A DNA stretch of 61,586 nucleotides from NCBI GenBank assembly GCA_029855935.1, contig JAGSHN010000024.1, positions 1-61,586 on the forward strand, in the 5' to 3' direction. This stretch comes from Candidatus Thorarchaeota archaeon (GTDB lineage: Archaea; Asgardarchaeota; Thorarchaeia; Thorarchaeales; Thorarchaeaceae). The position numbers and the translations under genes are program-made. The notes beneath the pieces were generated by a model. That model saw only the letters and a list, made by a program, of their open reading frames with translations, ran no database searches and was not told the origin of the DNA. Of this stretch, positions 1-9,513 are shown one piece after another. Position 1 is the first letter of the stretch. Every line of letters begins with the position of its first letter.

Positions 1-682
1 CAAATATGTCGTGCGTGTCCTCTGTCACACGCCCCAGATCGTTGCTGTTTATTATCGGTGGGAGGCTCAGTGTCCGGCCTGCTGAGTCGACGAGGAGAGG
101 CCATCTCTTGTAGTCAGCTATGATATGCCCGTACTCAATCCCCTTCTCGTGTTTCTGCAATATCTCTGGACCACTCATCTCCGTCTCGGTGCCAAGAGGC
201 ACAAACCTGATCTTGTCCGGGCGCTCCGCTCGGTACACCACAGGGAACTTGATGTCCCTGTATACGTAGAGTCCAATGCTTGCCTTTCTCCTGTTCCTGC
301 CGTGTGTGGCCGTCAGAGACTCCTGAAGTCTCATATAGTCCTTGATTAGCGCGTCGGACATCTCGACGCCCTTGACCACGCCACAGGCGATGTACCTTCG
401 TATCTTCTCCAGTCCCCTCTGAACAATAATCTGCTTGCCGGACTTGCGCACAGGAAACACTGGCAGACCCGGCGCGATTCCGAGGAACGCCCTGACTGCT
501 CTCGCAATGCCCTCTTCCGAGAGCATATCCTGACGGTCGGGATTGATCTCGACCTCAATCAGGTCACCCTCCACTCTCTCGACCTCGGCCTTGAGAAGGA
601 AGAGCGTGTTCTCCAGCTCCTCAAGCGACATCTTTCGTCCTATGAGCCGTTCTAGGCCCTGAATGCTGCATTCGACAATCAT
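1..682 (-). CDS. pheT: Phenylalanine--tRNA ligase beta subunit (partial; runs off left edge)
   Basis: Not in the ORF track. Manual translation from ATG 682 gives MIVECSIQGLERLIGRKMSLEELENTLFLLKAEVE...EINPDRQDMLSEEGIARA, matching the PheT NRPD/GIAR motif. Lies directly downstream of pheS. Confidence 0.92.
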   Translation of the reverse strand, partial: MIVECSIQGLERLIGRKMSLEELENTLFLLKAEVERVEGDLIEVEINPDRQDMLSEEGIARAVRAFLGIAPGLPVFPVRKSGKQIIVQRGLEKIRRYIACGVVKGVEMSDALIKDYMRLQESLTATHGRNRRKASIGLYVYRDIKFPVVYRAERPDKIRFVPLGTETEMSGPEILQKHEKGIEYGHIIADYKRWPLLVDSAGRTLSLPPIINSNDLGRVTEDTHDIF

Positions 683-695
683 CTGTCCTCTCACC

Positions 696-2234
696 TCATC
701 TCACAAAGTACTTTCTGCGGAGCCAGGTCAGGTCACGAGAGTATAGCTCCCTGATGTCCCCTATGTCCATCGCCGCCATGTACATTCTCCCGGCGCCGAG
801 TCCCCAGGCCAGCACTGTGTCCTTGATGCCAAGCGGGTAGGTCACCTCTGGCCTGAAGATGCCGCCGGGAGCCACCTCAATCCATCCCAGCGTCTCATGC
901 TTCGCATAGCCCTCTACACTCGGCTCCGTGAACGGGAACTGTCCGGGCTTGAACTTCATCTTCTTGATGCCGACCCTGCGGCAGATCTCCCTGATGTATC
1001 CCATCAGGTCGCGGAGGGTCAGTCCCTTGTCCCAGATTATGCCCTCGCACTGGTTGAACTCCTGTGCGTGCTTGGCGCTGAGCTTCTCCGCTCGGAAATT
1101 CCTGTCGATGATGAACATCTTGTGTGGCGGACTGTCGTGCGACCACAGGTATCTCATCGAGACAGGTGTAGTGTGAGATCGCAGGACGAGGCGCGTTGTG
1201 ATCTCGCGCGAGAATGGCGCTTGCCACCCTGTGGACCCAGTGTCGCCTCCGTTCTCGTGGACGGCCTTGACGGCTCTGTAGTGTTTCTCGTCTATGATGT
1301 CACCGTGGTCGTACGGCTCTGCAACGCGGAACTGGTCTTGGACCTCTCGGGCCACATGGTCCTGTGGGACAAAGAGCACGTCGTTGTTCCAGAACTCTGT
1401 CTCGACATAGGGGCCGAACCACTCTGTGAATCCAAGTCCTACCAGTATCTCCTTGAGCCAGTCGAGAAACTCCGCGTATGGATGCTTGCGCCCCAGATTT
1501 GCATAGGGCGGGACAATCTCCACATTGAAGGGTCGAAATGTCTTCCCCCTCCACTCGCCCGTTGCGAGCAACTCAGGTGTTAGCTCGACGAGCCCACCAG
1601 TCTCGCCGCTGAGGAGCTGTTCAATGGATTCCTTGTGTGCTTCGACCACACATGCTCGGAACACCTTCGTGACCACTGTCCGAACGAGTGTCCTGTCACG
1701 CGCCTGCTTGAGTCCCTCGGACAGGGACTCGGGCACCGACTCATCTCCCCTGGCGAGAGCTCTGAGGACTTCGGCCACCACGGAATCGGCACTCTTGGTC
1801 TTGGCTCTGAGGGTGGTCCGGCCCTCTTGTTTTGAGATATCGATCCAGCCGTTCCTACGGGCCCAGTTTATGGCAATGCCTCTCTCTCGCGGATTCAGGC
1901 CCGCAGCTTCAACAGCATCGTCGAGCGTGGCCTCCCCCCCAAGCTGAATCACAGCGTTGAGGAGCCGCTGCTCCGGTAGCCCCTTCTCGGCGTACGACCG
2001 TCCCTCTTCCGTCAACACGTGAGACTCAAGTTCATCAACGTGTATCTCCACAAGTCCTCGTTCCGCAAGTGCGTTGAGGATTGAAACGACGCGTTCGACC
2101 CTCTCGTTCAGGGAAACGGCCACCTCCTGCGCGGAAACTAGGCCCGAATGTTTCACGAGTTCTGCGAGAACAGTACGCTCTCCTTCTGTCAGCTGGATCT
2201 GGTCACTCATCGTCCTCAGAAACTCCTTCGTCAT
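696..2234 (-). CDS. pheS: Phenylalanine--tRNA ligase alpha subunit, archaeal/eukaryotic type
   Basis: N-terminal winged helices (LTEEG..YAEKGLPE), VPQDHVAREVQD, LRSHTT, FPFTEPS, GIFRPEV, AWGLG. The start may be ATG 2210. Confidence 0.97.
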   Translation of the reverse strand: MTKEFLRTMSDQIQLTEGERTVLAELVKHSGLVSAQEVAVSLNERVERVVSILNALAERGLVEIHVDELESHVLTEEGRSYAEKGLPEQRLLNAVIQLGGEATLDDAVEAAGLNPRERGIAINWARRNGWIDISKQEGRTTLRAKTKSADSVVAEVLRALARGDESVPESLSEGLKQARDRTLVRTVVTKVFRACVVEAHKESIEQLLSGETGGLVELTPELLATGEWRGKTFRPFNVEIVPPYANLGRKHPYAEFLDWLKEILVGLGFTEWFGPYVETEFWNNDVLFVPQDHVAREVQDQFRVAEPYDHGDIIDEKHYRAVKAVHENGGDTGSTGWQAPFSREITTRLVLRSHTTPVSMRYLWSHDSPPHKMFIIDRNFRAEKLSAKHAQEFNQCEGIIWDKGLTLRDLMGYIREICRRVGIKKMKFKPGQFPFTEPSVEGYAKHETLGWIEVAPGGIFRPEVTYPLGIKDTVLAWGLGAGRMYMAAMDIGDIRELYSRDLTWLRRKYFVR

Positions 2235-2508
2235 TGCAGGTGTTCAGGTGGGCAATCCCCGTGGAGCCTAACATGAACGGAGAAGTAACACGCCCAGTCA
2301 GTATGTAAATTGGCGGGGATCCATCCGTCCTTCACCTGCTCTTCGGACACGGCCGTCTCTCGCCCACCTTTTTAATCTGTCGCCTGTCTGGCTCCTCTTG
2401 CTGTAGTAGTGGTGGCCGTGTCGCAATCTTAAAATACGCCGCTCTTGCGCTTCTCGTGAGTCCTCGCTGCGGTCTCTCCTTCTGAGGTCGGCTACTCATG
2501 TCATATCC

Positions 2509-3606
2509 GTGTCAGGTGAGGCGAAGGAATTGAGCTTGGAAAGACATCAACTGAAGAAGAAGATACAACAACTAAAGGCACTGCAGGGGCGGCACAGTTC
2601 CTTCACTACGCTCTATATACCCCCTAGCAAGAGCCTGACAGATGTCATCAACTTCGTGAGGACCGAGCTCTCTGGAACAGACAACATCAAGAGCAAGACG
2701 AACCGAAAGAACGTTGCTGACAACCTCACTGCAATCCTCAGTGAGCTGACAAAGATCAAGCAGATTCCCAAGAATGGTATCGCCTTCTTCTTCGGCATTC
2801 AGGAGGAGGGCGGGTCGACAAAGGAGATTCGTGAGATCATAGTGCCCCCATCACCAATCACGCAGTTCCTGTACATCTGTGGTCGCGAGTTTGTGACCGA
2901 TGAGCTCGAAGAGATGGTGAAGCCGAAGAGCCTGATTGTGATTGTCCTGATAGAGGGCGGGAAGGTCGTGGTGGGTTATCTGCGAGGAAAGCACGTGGAG
3001 CTTGTCCGAGAGGAGGACTTCTACATCATGGGCAAGACGCGTGCCGGCGGTCAGTCCGCAAGAAGATATCAGCGCATCCGCGAGGAGAAGATGCAGGAGT
3101 TCTTCAAGCATGTGGCCAAGCTCTTGGCCGACCTGCTGCTTGACAACATTGACAGTGTCGATGCCATTGTCCTCGGCGGGAACACCATACGTGCTCAAGA
3201 GTTTCTTGAGAAGAGCGACCTCGACTACAGAATCCGGAAGAAGATTGCTGAGAGAATAATCCCGGTCAGCGTAGTCGACGAGACAGGACTCATGCAGGCG
3301 GTCAAGGAGGCCTCTCGAATCCTTCGCGACACAGAGATATACGAGGAGCGTGAGGCCTGGGAGAAGTTCATGGAGTCCCTGTTGAGAGGCGAGAACACGG
3401 TCACGTACGGTGAGAAAGAGGTGCTCTCGGCCCTACGCGAGGGGCGCGTGGAGACCGTGATGGTGGTGGAGGACAGTCCTCTCCTAGACGAGCTGGTCGA
3501 GGAGGTAAGCAAGTACGGTACTGAGCTGATGGTCTTCTCTTCCCAGACAGAGTCGGGCGCGCAGCTGAAGTCCTTCGGGGGTATCGCTGCCAGGCTCAGA
3601 TGGTAG
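2509..3606 (+). CDS. prf1: Peptide chain release factor aRF1 (eRF1 family)
   Basis: NIKS, YICGREF (YxCxxxF), GGQS and C-terminal FGGIAARLRW. Confidence 0.96.
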   Translation: MSGEAKELSLERHQLKKKIQQLKALQGRHSSFTTLYIPPSKSLTDVINFVRTELSGTDNIKSKTNRKNVADNLTAILSELTKIKQIPKNGIAFFFGIQEEGGSTKEIREIIVPPSPITQFLYICGREFVTDELEEMVKPKSLIVIVLIEGGKVVVGYLRGKHVELVREEDFYIMGKTRAGGQSARRYQRIREEKMQEFFKHVAKLLADLLLDNIDSVDAIVLGGNTIRAQEFLEKSDLDYRIRKKIAERIIPVSVVDETGLMQAVKEASRILRDTEIYEEREAWEKFMESLLRGENTVTYGEKEVLSALREGRVETVMVVEDSPLLDELVEEVSKYGTELMVFSSQTESGAQLKSFGGIAARLRW

Positions 3607-3621
3607 ACACTGCCAGATTCT

Positions 3622-4035
3622 TCATTCTCTCGGTGGCCGAGGAAGACTCACTGCCGTCTCGAGGTCGACGATCCAGCGGTCGAGCTCATGACTGATTGAT
3701 TGGACGTATTCGGCGAGACTCTCAAAGTACCTATGAAGATGCGATTGCGTCGATGACTTGTACTTCTCTCTGTAGTCCTTCACACGCTGGGGGAGCCCGA
3801 TTGTCCATCTGCTCAGTGTTGCAGTCAATGTCCGATCGTCGATGAGTCTCCGTGCGGTCCTGGAGCTTCTCGCAAGCTCGATCATCCTCTCAAGCTGGTC
3901 CTGCATTCGAATCAGGCCTGCCACGAGCTGCTTCGAGTCGCTCTTCGTGTCGGCATCGCGAGCAGTGTAATAGACGTGTTTGAGGTGGCGCTTGCAGTTG
4001 CCCACCTCTCTCAGAAAGCCTGTGATGGCCTGCAT
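3622..4035 (-). CDS. Hypothetical helical protein
   Basis: 137-aa ORF filling the gap downstream of the Cas4-like pair; amphipathic helical pattern; no family recognised. Confidence 0.6.
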   Translation of the reverse strand: MQAITGFLREVGNCKRHLKHVYYTARDADTKSDSKQLVAGLIRMQDQLERMIELARSSRTARRLIDDRTLTATLSRWTIGLPQRVKDYREKYKSSTQSHLHRYFESLAEYVQSISHELDRWIVDLETAVSLPRPPRE

Positions 4036-4080
4036 ATCTGAGGGCTTGCAGGATCACATCATTACTCTTTGTATCACTTC

Positions 4081-4728
4081 TCATCTTGACACGGAGTGCG
4101 GACAGATGTCCGCAGAGAAGGGGCAACGTCCGCATCTGTCGCGACGCGAGGCGGGTCTTGCGTCTCTCTGGCCCCTCCAGTAGCCCTCCATCGCCTTGAG
4201 TTTCCGTTCTGTGAGAGCTCTGTCGTATCTTGCTGTACTGACCCTGGCCTTTCCGCAGGAGATGCAGTGCTGAAGGTCCCTGTTTCTACACCTCTCCGCA
4301 TTTGTCTGGGCACAGTACACCACGACGGCAAGTGCATTGTCACATTGCAGTCCCATCTCCTCAAGCGCGAGGGCGTAGAGCGAGGCCTGGAAGAGGTCCT
4401 CACTATGGGCTGTCCTGGGGACCTGCACGCGAGGGAACTTCATCTCAATGACAGCATCAAGAGTCAATGCAGCCCCCTTCGACACAACGATATGGTCGGC
4501 TCTTCCGACATAGCCCCACCTTCGCGACTCAACACTCAACTCGCTGAGCACGTATCGCCCTGCTAGTGTCTTCGGGTCAGCCAGACTTCTCAGCCCTCCT
4601 CTCAACGGCGTAGCGCCCGTGAGAAGTTTGCTCAGTCCGATGTATTCTCTGGCAATAGCAACAACGACGAGCAACAGGAACGTGATGAGCAGAAGGAGCG
4701 GGAACACACCGTCGGCTAGTGGCGTCAT
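4081..4728 (-). CDS. Membrane-anchored Cas4-like PD-(D/E)XK nuclease (C-terminal part)
   Basis: N-terminal TM helix; GRAD, IEMK and QxxLY motifs; terminal CxxC-x6-C; extra 4-Cys insertion. Confidence 0.82.
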   Translation of the reverse strand: MTPLADGVFPLLLLITFLLLVVVAIAREYIGLSKLLTGATPLRGGLRSLADPKTLAGRYVLSELSVESRRWGYVGRADHIVVSKGAALTLDAVIEMKFPRVQVPRTAHSEDLFQASLYALALEEMGLQCDNALAVVVYCAQTNAERCRNRDLQHCISCGKARVSTARYDRALTERKLKAMEGYWRGQRDARPASRRDRCGRCPFSADICPHSVSR

Positions 4729-4991
4729 CCTGCAGGCCCCCAGAGGTATAACAGCACGAGCAGGATGAGCGTGACGAGAATTACGATGGCAATATTGCTC
4801 ATTGTGCCTCTGCGTCGTCTGTCCGCCGGGCGAATCTCTCTGTGGAGACGCGTCCCGACAAGGGCCTCCCTAGTGGCCTCCGTCCGGATGATCTTGTCGA
4901 GATACAGGAAGTACTCACAGAAGTATTGCTGTTTCAGCTCTGAGACCGTTCTGGTCCTGCCCGAATGGGCGTCAGCCGTCCTACGAGTCAT
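4725..4991 (-). CDS. Small membrane protein carrying the Cas4-like N-terminal segment
   Basis: VSELKQQYFCEY...GTRLH followed by a C-terminal TM helix; ATGA overlap with the next ORF. Confidence 0.75.
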   Translation of the reverse strand: MTRRTADAHSGRTRTVSELKQQYFCEYFLYLDKIIRTEATREALVGTRLHREIRPADRRRRGTMSNIAIVILVTLILLVLLYLWGPAG

Positions 4992-5202
4992 CTCGATACG
5001 ACGTTTGCACAGCCTCTTTTAGCCACCACTCATCGGTGCAAAGTGTGTCTCCGCGCCGCCGATAGCGTCCGTCCTAGTTTTGTTTATATCCCGATGTGTG
5101 AACGCCGCCCACGTGGGACACTTGTCCGAGAGTCCTTCGGAGCTTCATTTATATTGAAGGGGCGAGATGTCGCCATGGAGTGTCCCGTTCCTGGAAAGGA
5201 AC

Positions 5203-5646
5203 ATGCTGGTGAAGATGATAATGACCGAGGAGAATGCATACGAGGGTGCAACAGCGGGTAGGTTGCTGGACTTCACGGACTCGAACACGATTGAGTTCCC
5301 TGAGTCCTTCAAGGCGGCTCTCGGGACCGACCGTGCACTGATGGTTCTCGTCTACAAGGACAAGCAGGTCCGCATCTTTCCTCTTGAGAGTGATGAGGTC
5401 TATTATCTCAGTATAGTCATAGGGAGACTCACGAACGATTTCCTGACACAGCTGTCAAGAACCTTCAAGGACTACGGTCTTGTCGATCTGTTGTATTCAA
5501 CGGGAGTCTGCCTCCGTGGCACCAAATGCTACTATGAGTGCTACTTCGCTCCACACCAGCTCACAGGTTCCTCCGACGATCTCGGTAGAGCGCTCAACTC
5601 CCTCGACGGAGTCGTGTCTGTGGTCATCGAACCCGTGAAGACATAG
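5203..5646 (+). CDS. Putative AbrB/SpoVT-like plus ACT-domain regulator
   Basis: DSNTIEFPESFKAALG resembles an AbrB-like N-terminus; the C-terminal beta-alpha-beta-beta-alpha-beta pattern ends LNSLDGVVSVVI (ACT-like). Start moved to ATG 5203. Confidence 0.55.
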   Translation: MLVKMIMTEENAYEGATAGRLLDFTDSNTIEFPESFKAALGTDRALMVLVYKDKQVRIFPLESDEVYYLSIVIGRLTNDFLTQLSRTFKDYGLVDLLYSTGVCLRGTKCYYECYFAPHQLTGSSDDLGRALNSLDGVVSVVIEPVKT

Positions 5647-5754
5647 AAGCCTTGAAATGGCTGGCGATACAGGCCCAACACCCAGGCCGTGCCCCGAACC
5701 ATCGTGGTGGTTTCCCTCGCAGCGTACGTACATCAGCATAACGGTGGATCTACA

Positions 5755-6414
5755 ATGCAGGATCTTCTCCAGTTCGTCACCGACCTTATTCTTCAGGGGT
5801 ACCTTGGTCTGTTTCTTGCCTGCTTTCTCATCAATATGATACCCTTTCTTAGTCCCAGCAACATGGTACTTGCTGGTGTCGCATCTCTGTTGCTCCCGTG
5901 GATGAACTGGGTCTTGGTCGGCATCACAGTGGCCGTGGCTGCCACGCTTGCAAAACTCATCCACTACTTTGTGGTCCGTGGGTCCAGAATTGTTCTGTCG
6001 GAGGAGCGTCTTGCTGCACTCGAGTCGGAACGCGAGCGGGTGAACAAGTGGGGCGCCCTCGCACTCTTCATAGCTGCAGCCTCTCCGGTCCCTGACGACC
6101 CGTTGATAGTGTACGTTGGGCTGACACGATACAGCGTCAGCAAGTTCCTGTTCTTCTACTTCACCGGAAAAGTCTTGGTCACACTGGCAGGCGCGCTGAT
6201 TGGGTACACAGTTGGAGGCTACTTCGAGTCAATGCCCATAGTTGTTGCGTCGATTGCACTGACGGCTCTCATAACGGGCTACCTCTTCAAGCGTAAGACT
6301 GAGAAGGACGAGTCAGATCTCCTTCAGGACATCCTTGAGGAGGAGATCCGGCACTCTCACGACGATGGCGAGGCGAGAAATTCCGCTAGTGACCCCCATC
6401 GCCGAGAATGGTGA
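5755..6414 (+). CDS. VTT/DedA-family membrane protein
   Basis: Multi-TM; IPFLSPS and AASPVPDDPL...G...Y motifs. Start at ATG 5755. Confidence 0.85.
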   Translation: MQDLLQFVTDLILQGYLGLFLACFLINMIPFLSPSNMVLAGVASLLLPWMNWVLVGITVAVAATLAKLIHYFVVRGSRIVLSEERLAALESERERVNKWGALALFIAAASPVPDDPLIVYVGLTRYSVSKFLFFYFTGKVLVTLAGALIGYTVGGYFESMPIVVASIALTALITGYLFKRKTEKDESDLLQDILEEEIRHSHDDGEARNSASDPHRREW

Positions 6415-6617
6415 GAACCAGCAGGACATCGGTGGAGCGCTGTGAGCCTCGCCGCGGGGAACGCAGGTTCTGCAGCCGATTGTGGAGTCCGTCCTGCTGC
6501 GGCTCCTCTGTTTTCTGTCTCGTGGTATCTGTACAGACGATGAACAACAATCGGTGCATGACCGCACAATTCATAAGAACCGTACCGAGAACTCCGCTAT
6601 GATTCAGGTGGCGTAGG

Positions 6618-7013
6618 ATGCCGGGTGTCAAGACTACCGAGGTCGAATGTGAAAAATGCGGTCACAGGTTCGAGGCCACCGTCATCGACCACGTGGATCT
6701 CACGGAGGACCGCGACCTGCTGAAGAAGGTCAAGAGTGGCAAGGTGAACCGAGTTCAGTGTCCGAAGTGCAAGAAGGTGATGTTCCTGCAACGCAGCATC
6801 GTCATCAACTTCGAACCGGAGAGTCTGATTGTCCTCTACGACCCCGCCGCCACGGACTCCGAGCGCCGGGAGGAGTTGGAGCGCGACTACAAGACAGTGG
6901 TCACATACAATGAGGTCCTTGAGGAGATAGGCGAGGAGATCGACTTCCGAATCATCTCGGATCTCACCGAGTTGAAAAAGCTGGTCACAACCTACGAGAA
7001 GAATCACAGCTGA
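6618..7013 (+). CDS. CpXC-domain (Zn-ribbon) protein
   Basis: CEKCGHRF...CPKC with the typical spacing; SD-like CAGGTG upstream. Confidence 0.8.
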   Translation: MPGVKTTEVECEKCGHRFEATVIDHVDLTEDRDLLKKVKSGKVNRVQCPKCKKVMFLQRSIVINFEPESLIVLYDPAATDSERREELERDYKTVVTYNEVLEEIGEEIDFRIISDLTELKKLVTTYEKNHS

Positions 7014-7242
7014 GCTAGCGTCCCGTCCTCTCCCAAAGGCTTTCGTGGGACAAGTTGTTTCGTTATGTGACCCCAGGTAGAAGTTCCGTGCTGGGCGGTG
7101 TCTGACGAACTGGAAGACTAACGTTATGGGGAAGACAAGGCCTTGAGGCGGCCCTGGAGAGCACATTCCTGTGGCTCGCCAGGACCGCGCGTGCCGTCAG
7201 TGGTCCTGCACTGGACTTGGCACACAGGCTACGGAGTGTGTA

Positions 7243-8319
7243 CTATGAGCGTCTCTTGCCGAGCAGGAACTCTTCCACCCACCGTTCGGCCTTGTACATA
7301 GTCGTGCTCTTCGGGGGCATCTTGAACCCATAGGCAGAGATGGACTCAAGAGCACCGCCTATTCCTCTCTTGAGCGCGAGCTTTGCGCCTCGAATCACGT
7401 CAAGGAGGATTGGCCCAGCGTTCGGTCCGTCGGTGACCTCCATCCGAATGTCTATCACCACTGGTGCGCCACCGAACTGTTTGCCACGCACGTAGAAATA
7501 AGACTCCCTGCCGTTCTTCAGGAACGGCACATAGTCAGAGGAGCCTGCAACGAGCGGGGCCTCATACGGCAGGTCCTGACCGATGGCTCTTGTCTTGACC
7601 TCTCGCTTCCTCATTCTGCCACGGTAGTGTGAGTCGAGGGACTCAGCCCCTCCGCCGACATCCAGCTGGTAGCTCTTTTCGACCCTGACGCCCCTTGCAA
7701 CGAGGAGTTGAAGCAGATTCCTGTGGAGAATGGTGGAACCAAGCTGGTCCTGCAGATCATCGCCAACCAGCGGGAGCCCTCTCTCCTCGAACTTCTTTGC
7801 CCATTCGACATCGGATGCGACTGGAATCGGTGTCGCATTGACAAAGGCGCATCCGGCCTCAAGCGCCGCCTGCGCATAGAATGCCGTTGCCTTCTCAGAG
7901 GATCCGGGGATGAGGTTGAGTACAATCTCTGCGCCTGAGTCCTTCAGCGCCTGCACCACATCCACCTCTGGTTCGTCTGAGATCTTGACAATCGCCTTGA
8001 GGAGGTCGTCGACTCCATCGAGAACAGGTCCTCTCAGAACAGTCACTCCTGTCTTCGGGACATCAGCAAAGCGCATCACGTTGTTTGGCTCCGCAAAGAT
8101 TGCATCTGCGAGGTCCTTGCCGACCTTCGACTCTGCAACGTCAAAGGCGGCCACAAACTCTATGTCGCTGACGTGATAGCCTGCAAAGTCCGGATGGCTC
8201 AGCCCTATCACGTCATCATTCATTTTGGCATCCTTATAGTACTCGACCCCCTGCACGAGGGCACTCGCGCAGTTTCCGATGCCTACAAGGGCTACCTTGA
8301 TTGAGTTCACTGGCTTCAC
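7243..8319 (-). CDS. ino1: Myo-inositol-1-phosphate synthase
   Basis: GIGNCASALVQG, FVNATP, GDDLQDQLG, YQLDVGG, DGPNAG. Confidence 0.92.
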   Translation of the reverse strand: MKPVNSIKVALVGIGNCASALVQGVEYYKDAKMNDDVIGLSHPDFAGYHVSDIEFVAAFDVAESKVGKDLADAIFAEPNNVMRFADVPKTGVTVLRGPVLDGVDDLLKAIVKISDEPEVDVVQALKDSGAEIVLNLIPGSSEKATAFYAQAALEAGCAFVNATPIPVASDVEWAKKFEERGLPLVGDDLQDQLGSTILHRNLLQLLVARGVRVEKSYQLDVGGGAESLDSHYRGRMRKREVKTRAIGQDLPYEAPLVAGSSDYVPFLKNGRESYFYVRGKQFGGAPVVIDIRMEVTDGPNAGPILLDVIRGAKLALKRGIGGALESISAYGFKMPPKSTTMYKAERWVEEFLLGKRRS

Positions 8320-8789
8320 CTCAGGCTCTTTCGACCCTGACCCGCTTCTGCTGGTGACCTTATAAGTTCTATGGCCATAGAATAGTGGACCTATGGCACG
8401 TAATCCTTATCTGTGTTCGGGCCCCCCTATATTCTGGACGGCGGACAGACTCTGAACGTATGTGGCCTTTCAGGGTGGTGGCCACGTCTTTCGTGACTAG
8501 TGCACCGATCCGAATGTCCTGCAGAAGGAGATTCGGCTCTCACCCAAGGGGTTCAGAGAGAAGGTGCAACAGGCGCGAGGTGTGGAGAAAGTCACGTTCA
8601 CGATGAAGAGAGTACGAGTCCAAGAGCCTGTGGGCAAGATTCGTATGTCTGTCCCCGTCCACCTCTTGTTGTCTACTGACAATCTCCTACCTCTCGCTCT
8701 CTGTACCCGCCCTCTGCCATTGTCGGAGATTGTGCTGCAGGTATGAGCGGGCCCATAAGCTTAAACGCACTTTGAGCTGATAATGTGAC

Positions 8790-8882
8790 AGGCGAGACTG
8801 CAACGGAGAGCCAAGGACTCCTGAGGGGATCCAGCAGAGCCCTCTCAGGTCTACGCGGTTTTTCGACCCAACAGTCTTGCTT
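8790..8882 (+). promoter_or_regulatory. Putative structured 5' leader of ssb
   Basis: 8790-8800 pairs with 8872-8882 (11 bp including G-U); inner hairpin 8820-8828/8841-8849; TATA-like TTAAA at 8761. Confidence 0.45.
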
Positions 8883-8903
8883 ACCATACTAACGTGAACA
8901 ACC

Positions 8904-9404
8904 ATGAGTGAGTCAAGAGAGCCTGTCGAGGCTACCATTTCTGAACTGAGACCGAGAATGAAGAATCTCACGATATCCTTCAAGGTGCTCGAGAAGGGCG
9001 AGGCACGAGAGGTTGCCTCAAGGAAGGATGGCAGCACACATCGCGTCCTGGACGCGGTTGTTGGTGACGCCACGGGTATTGTGACTATGCCTCTCTGGGA
9101 TGACACTATTGACAAGGTCGAGAGTGACAAGACCTACAAGTTGGAGAACGGCTACACGACGCTGTATCAGGGCCATCTCAGGTTGAACATCGGACGCTAC
9201 GGCGTCGTCACCGAGGCGGAACCGATCGAGAGCGTCAATGAGGAGCTGGACATGTCAGCTGAAGAGCACGAGCGGCCCGAACGAAGGCACTTCTATCAGG
9301 GCGGTAGGGACTCGTATTCCGGTGGGTACGGCTCCTCTCGTGACTGGCGAAGTCAGCGTGGCGGCCGTGACCGGCGCGGCAGAGGCCGGAGGCGGCGCTA
9401 CTAG
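8904..9404 (+). CDS. ssb: Single OB-fold single-stranded DNA-binding protein with RG-rich tail
   Basis: VGDATGIVTMPLWD, LENGYTTLYQGHLRLNIGRYG; disordered RGG/R-rich C-terminus. Confidence 0.9.
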   Translation: MSESREPVEATISELRPRMKNLTISFKVLEKGEAREVASRKDGSTHRVLDAVVGDATGIVTMPLWDDTIDKVESDKTYKLENGYTTLYQGHLRLNIGRYGVVTEAEPIESVNEELDMSAEEHERPERRHFYQGGRDSYSGGYGSSRDWRSQRGGRDRRGRGRRRRY

Positions 9405-9513
9405 TTCAGCGATAGACCTGGTCCAGACGAACACAGACCGTCTCCAGTTTCTGGTAGGCCGGGAACAGGTATCAGTTCCCGCCACCCGCCCTCCTTTTTC
9501 TTTATCTCAATGC

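Noticed and set aside
4725-4728. Selenocysteine/TGA readthrough joining the Cas4 halves
   Set aside because: The two ORFs are in different frames (ATGA overlap), so readthrough would not fuse them.
4081-4991. CRISPR-Cas locus suggested by the Cas4-like gene
   Set aside because: No repeat-spacer array and no cas1, cas2 or effector genes were seen in the window.
8385-8746. Short ORFs between ino1 and ssb, one faintly like ribosomal protein S14
   Set aside because: No CxxC pairs or convincing start; treated as intergenic.
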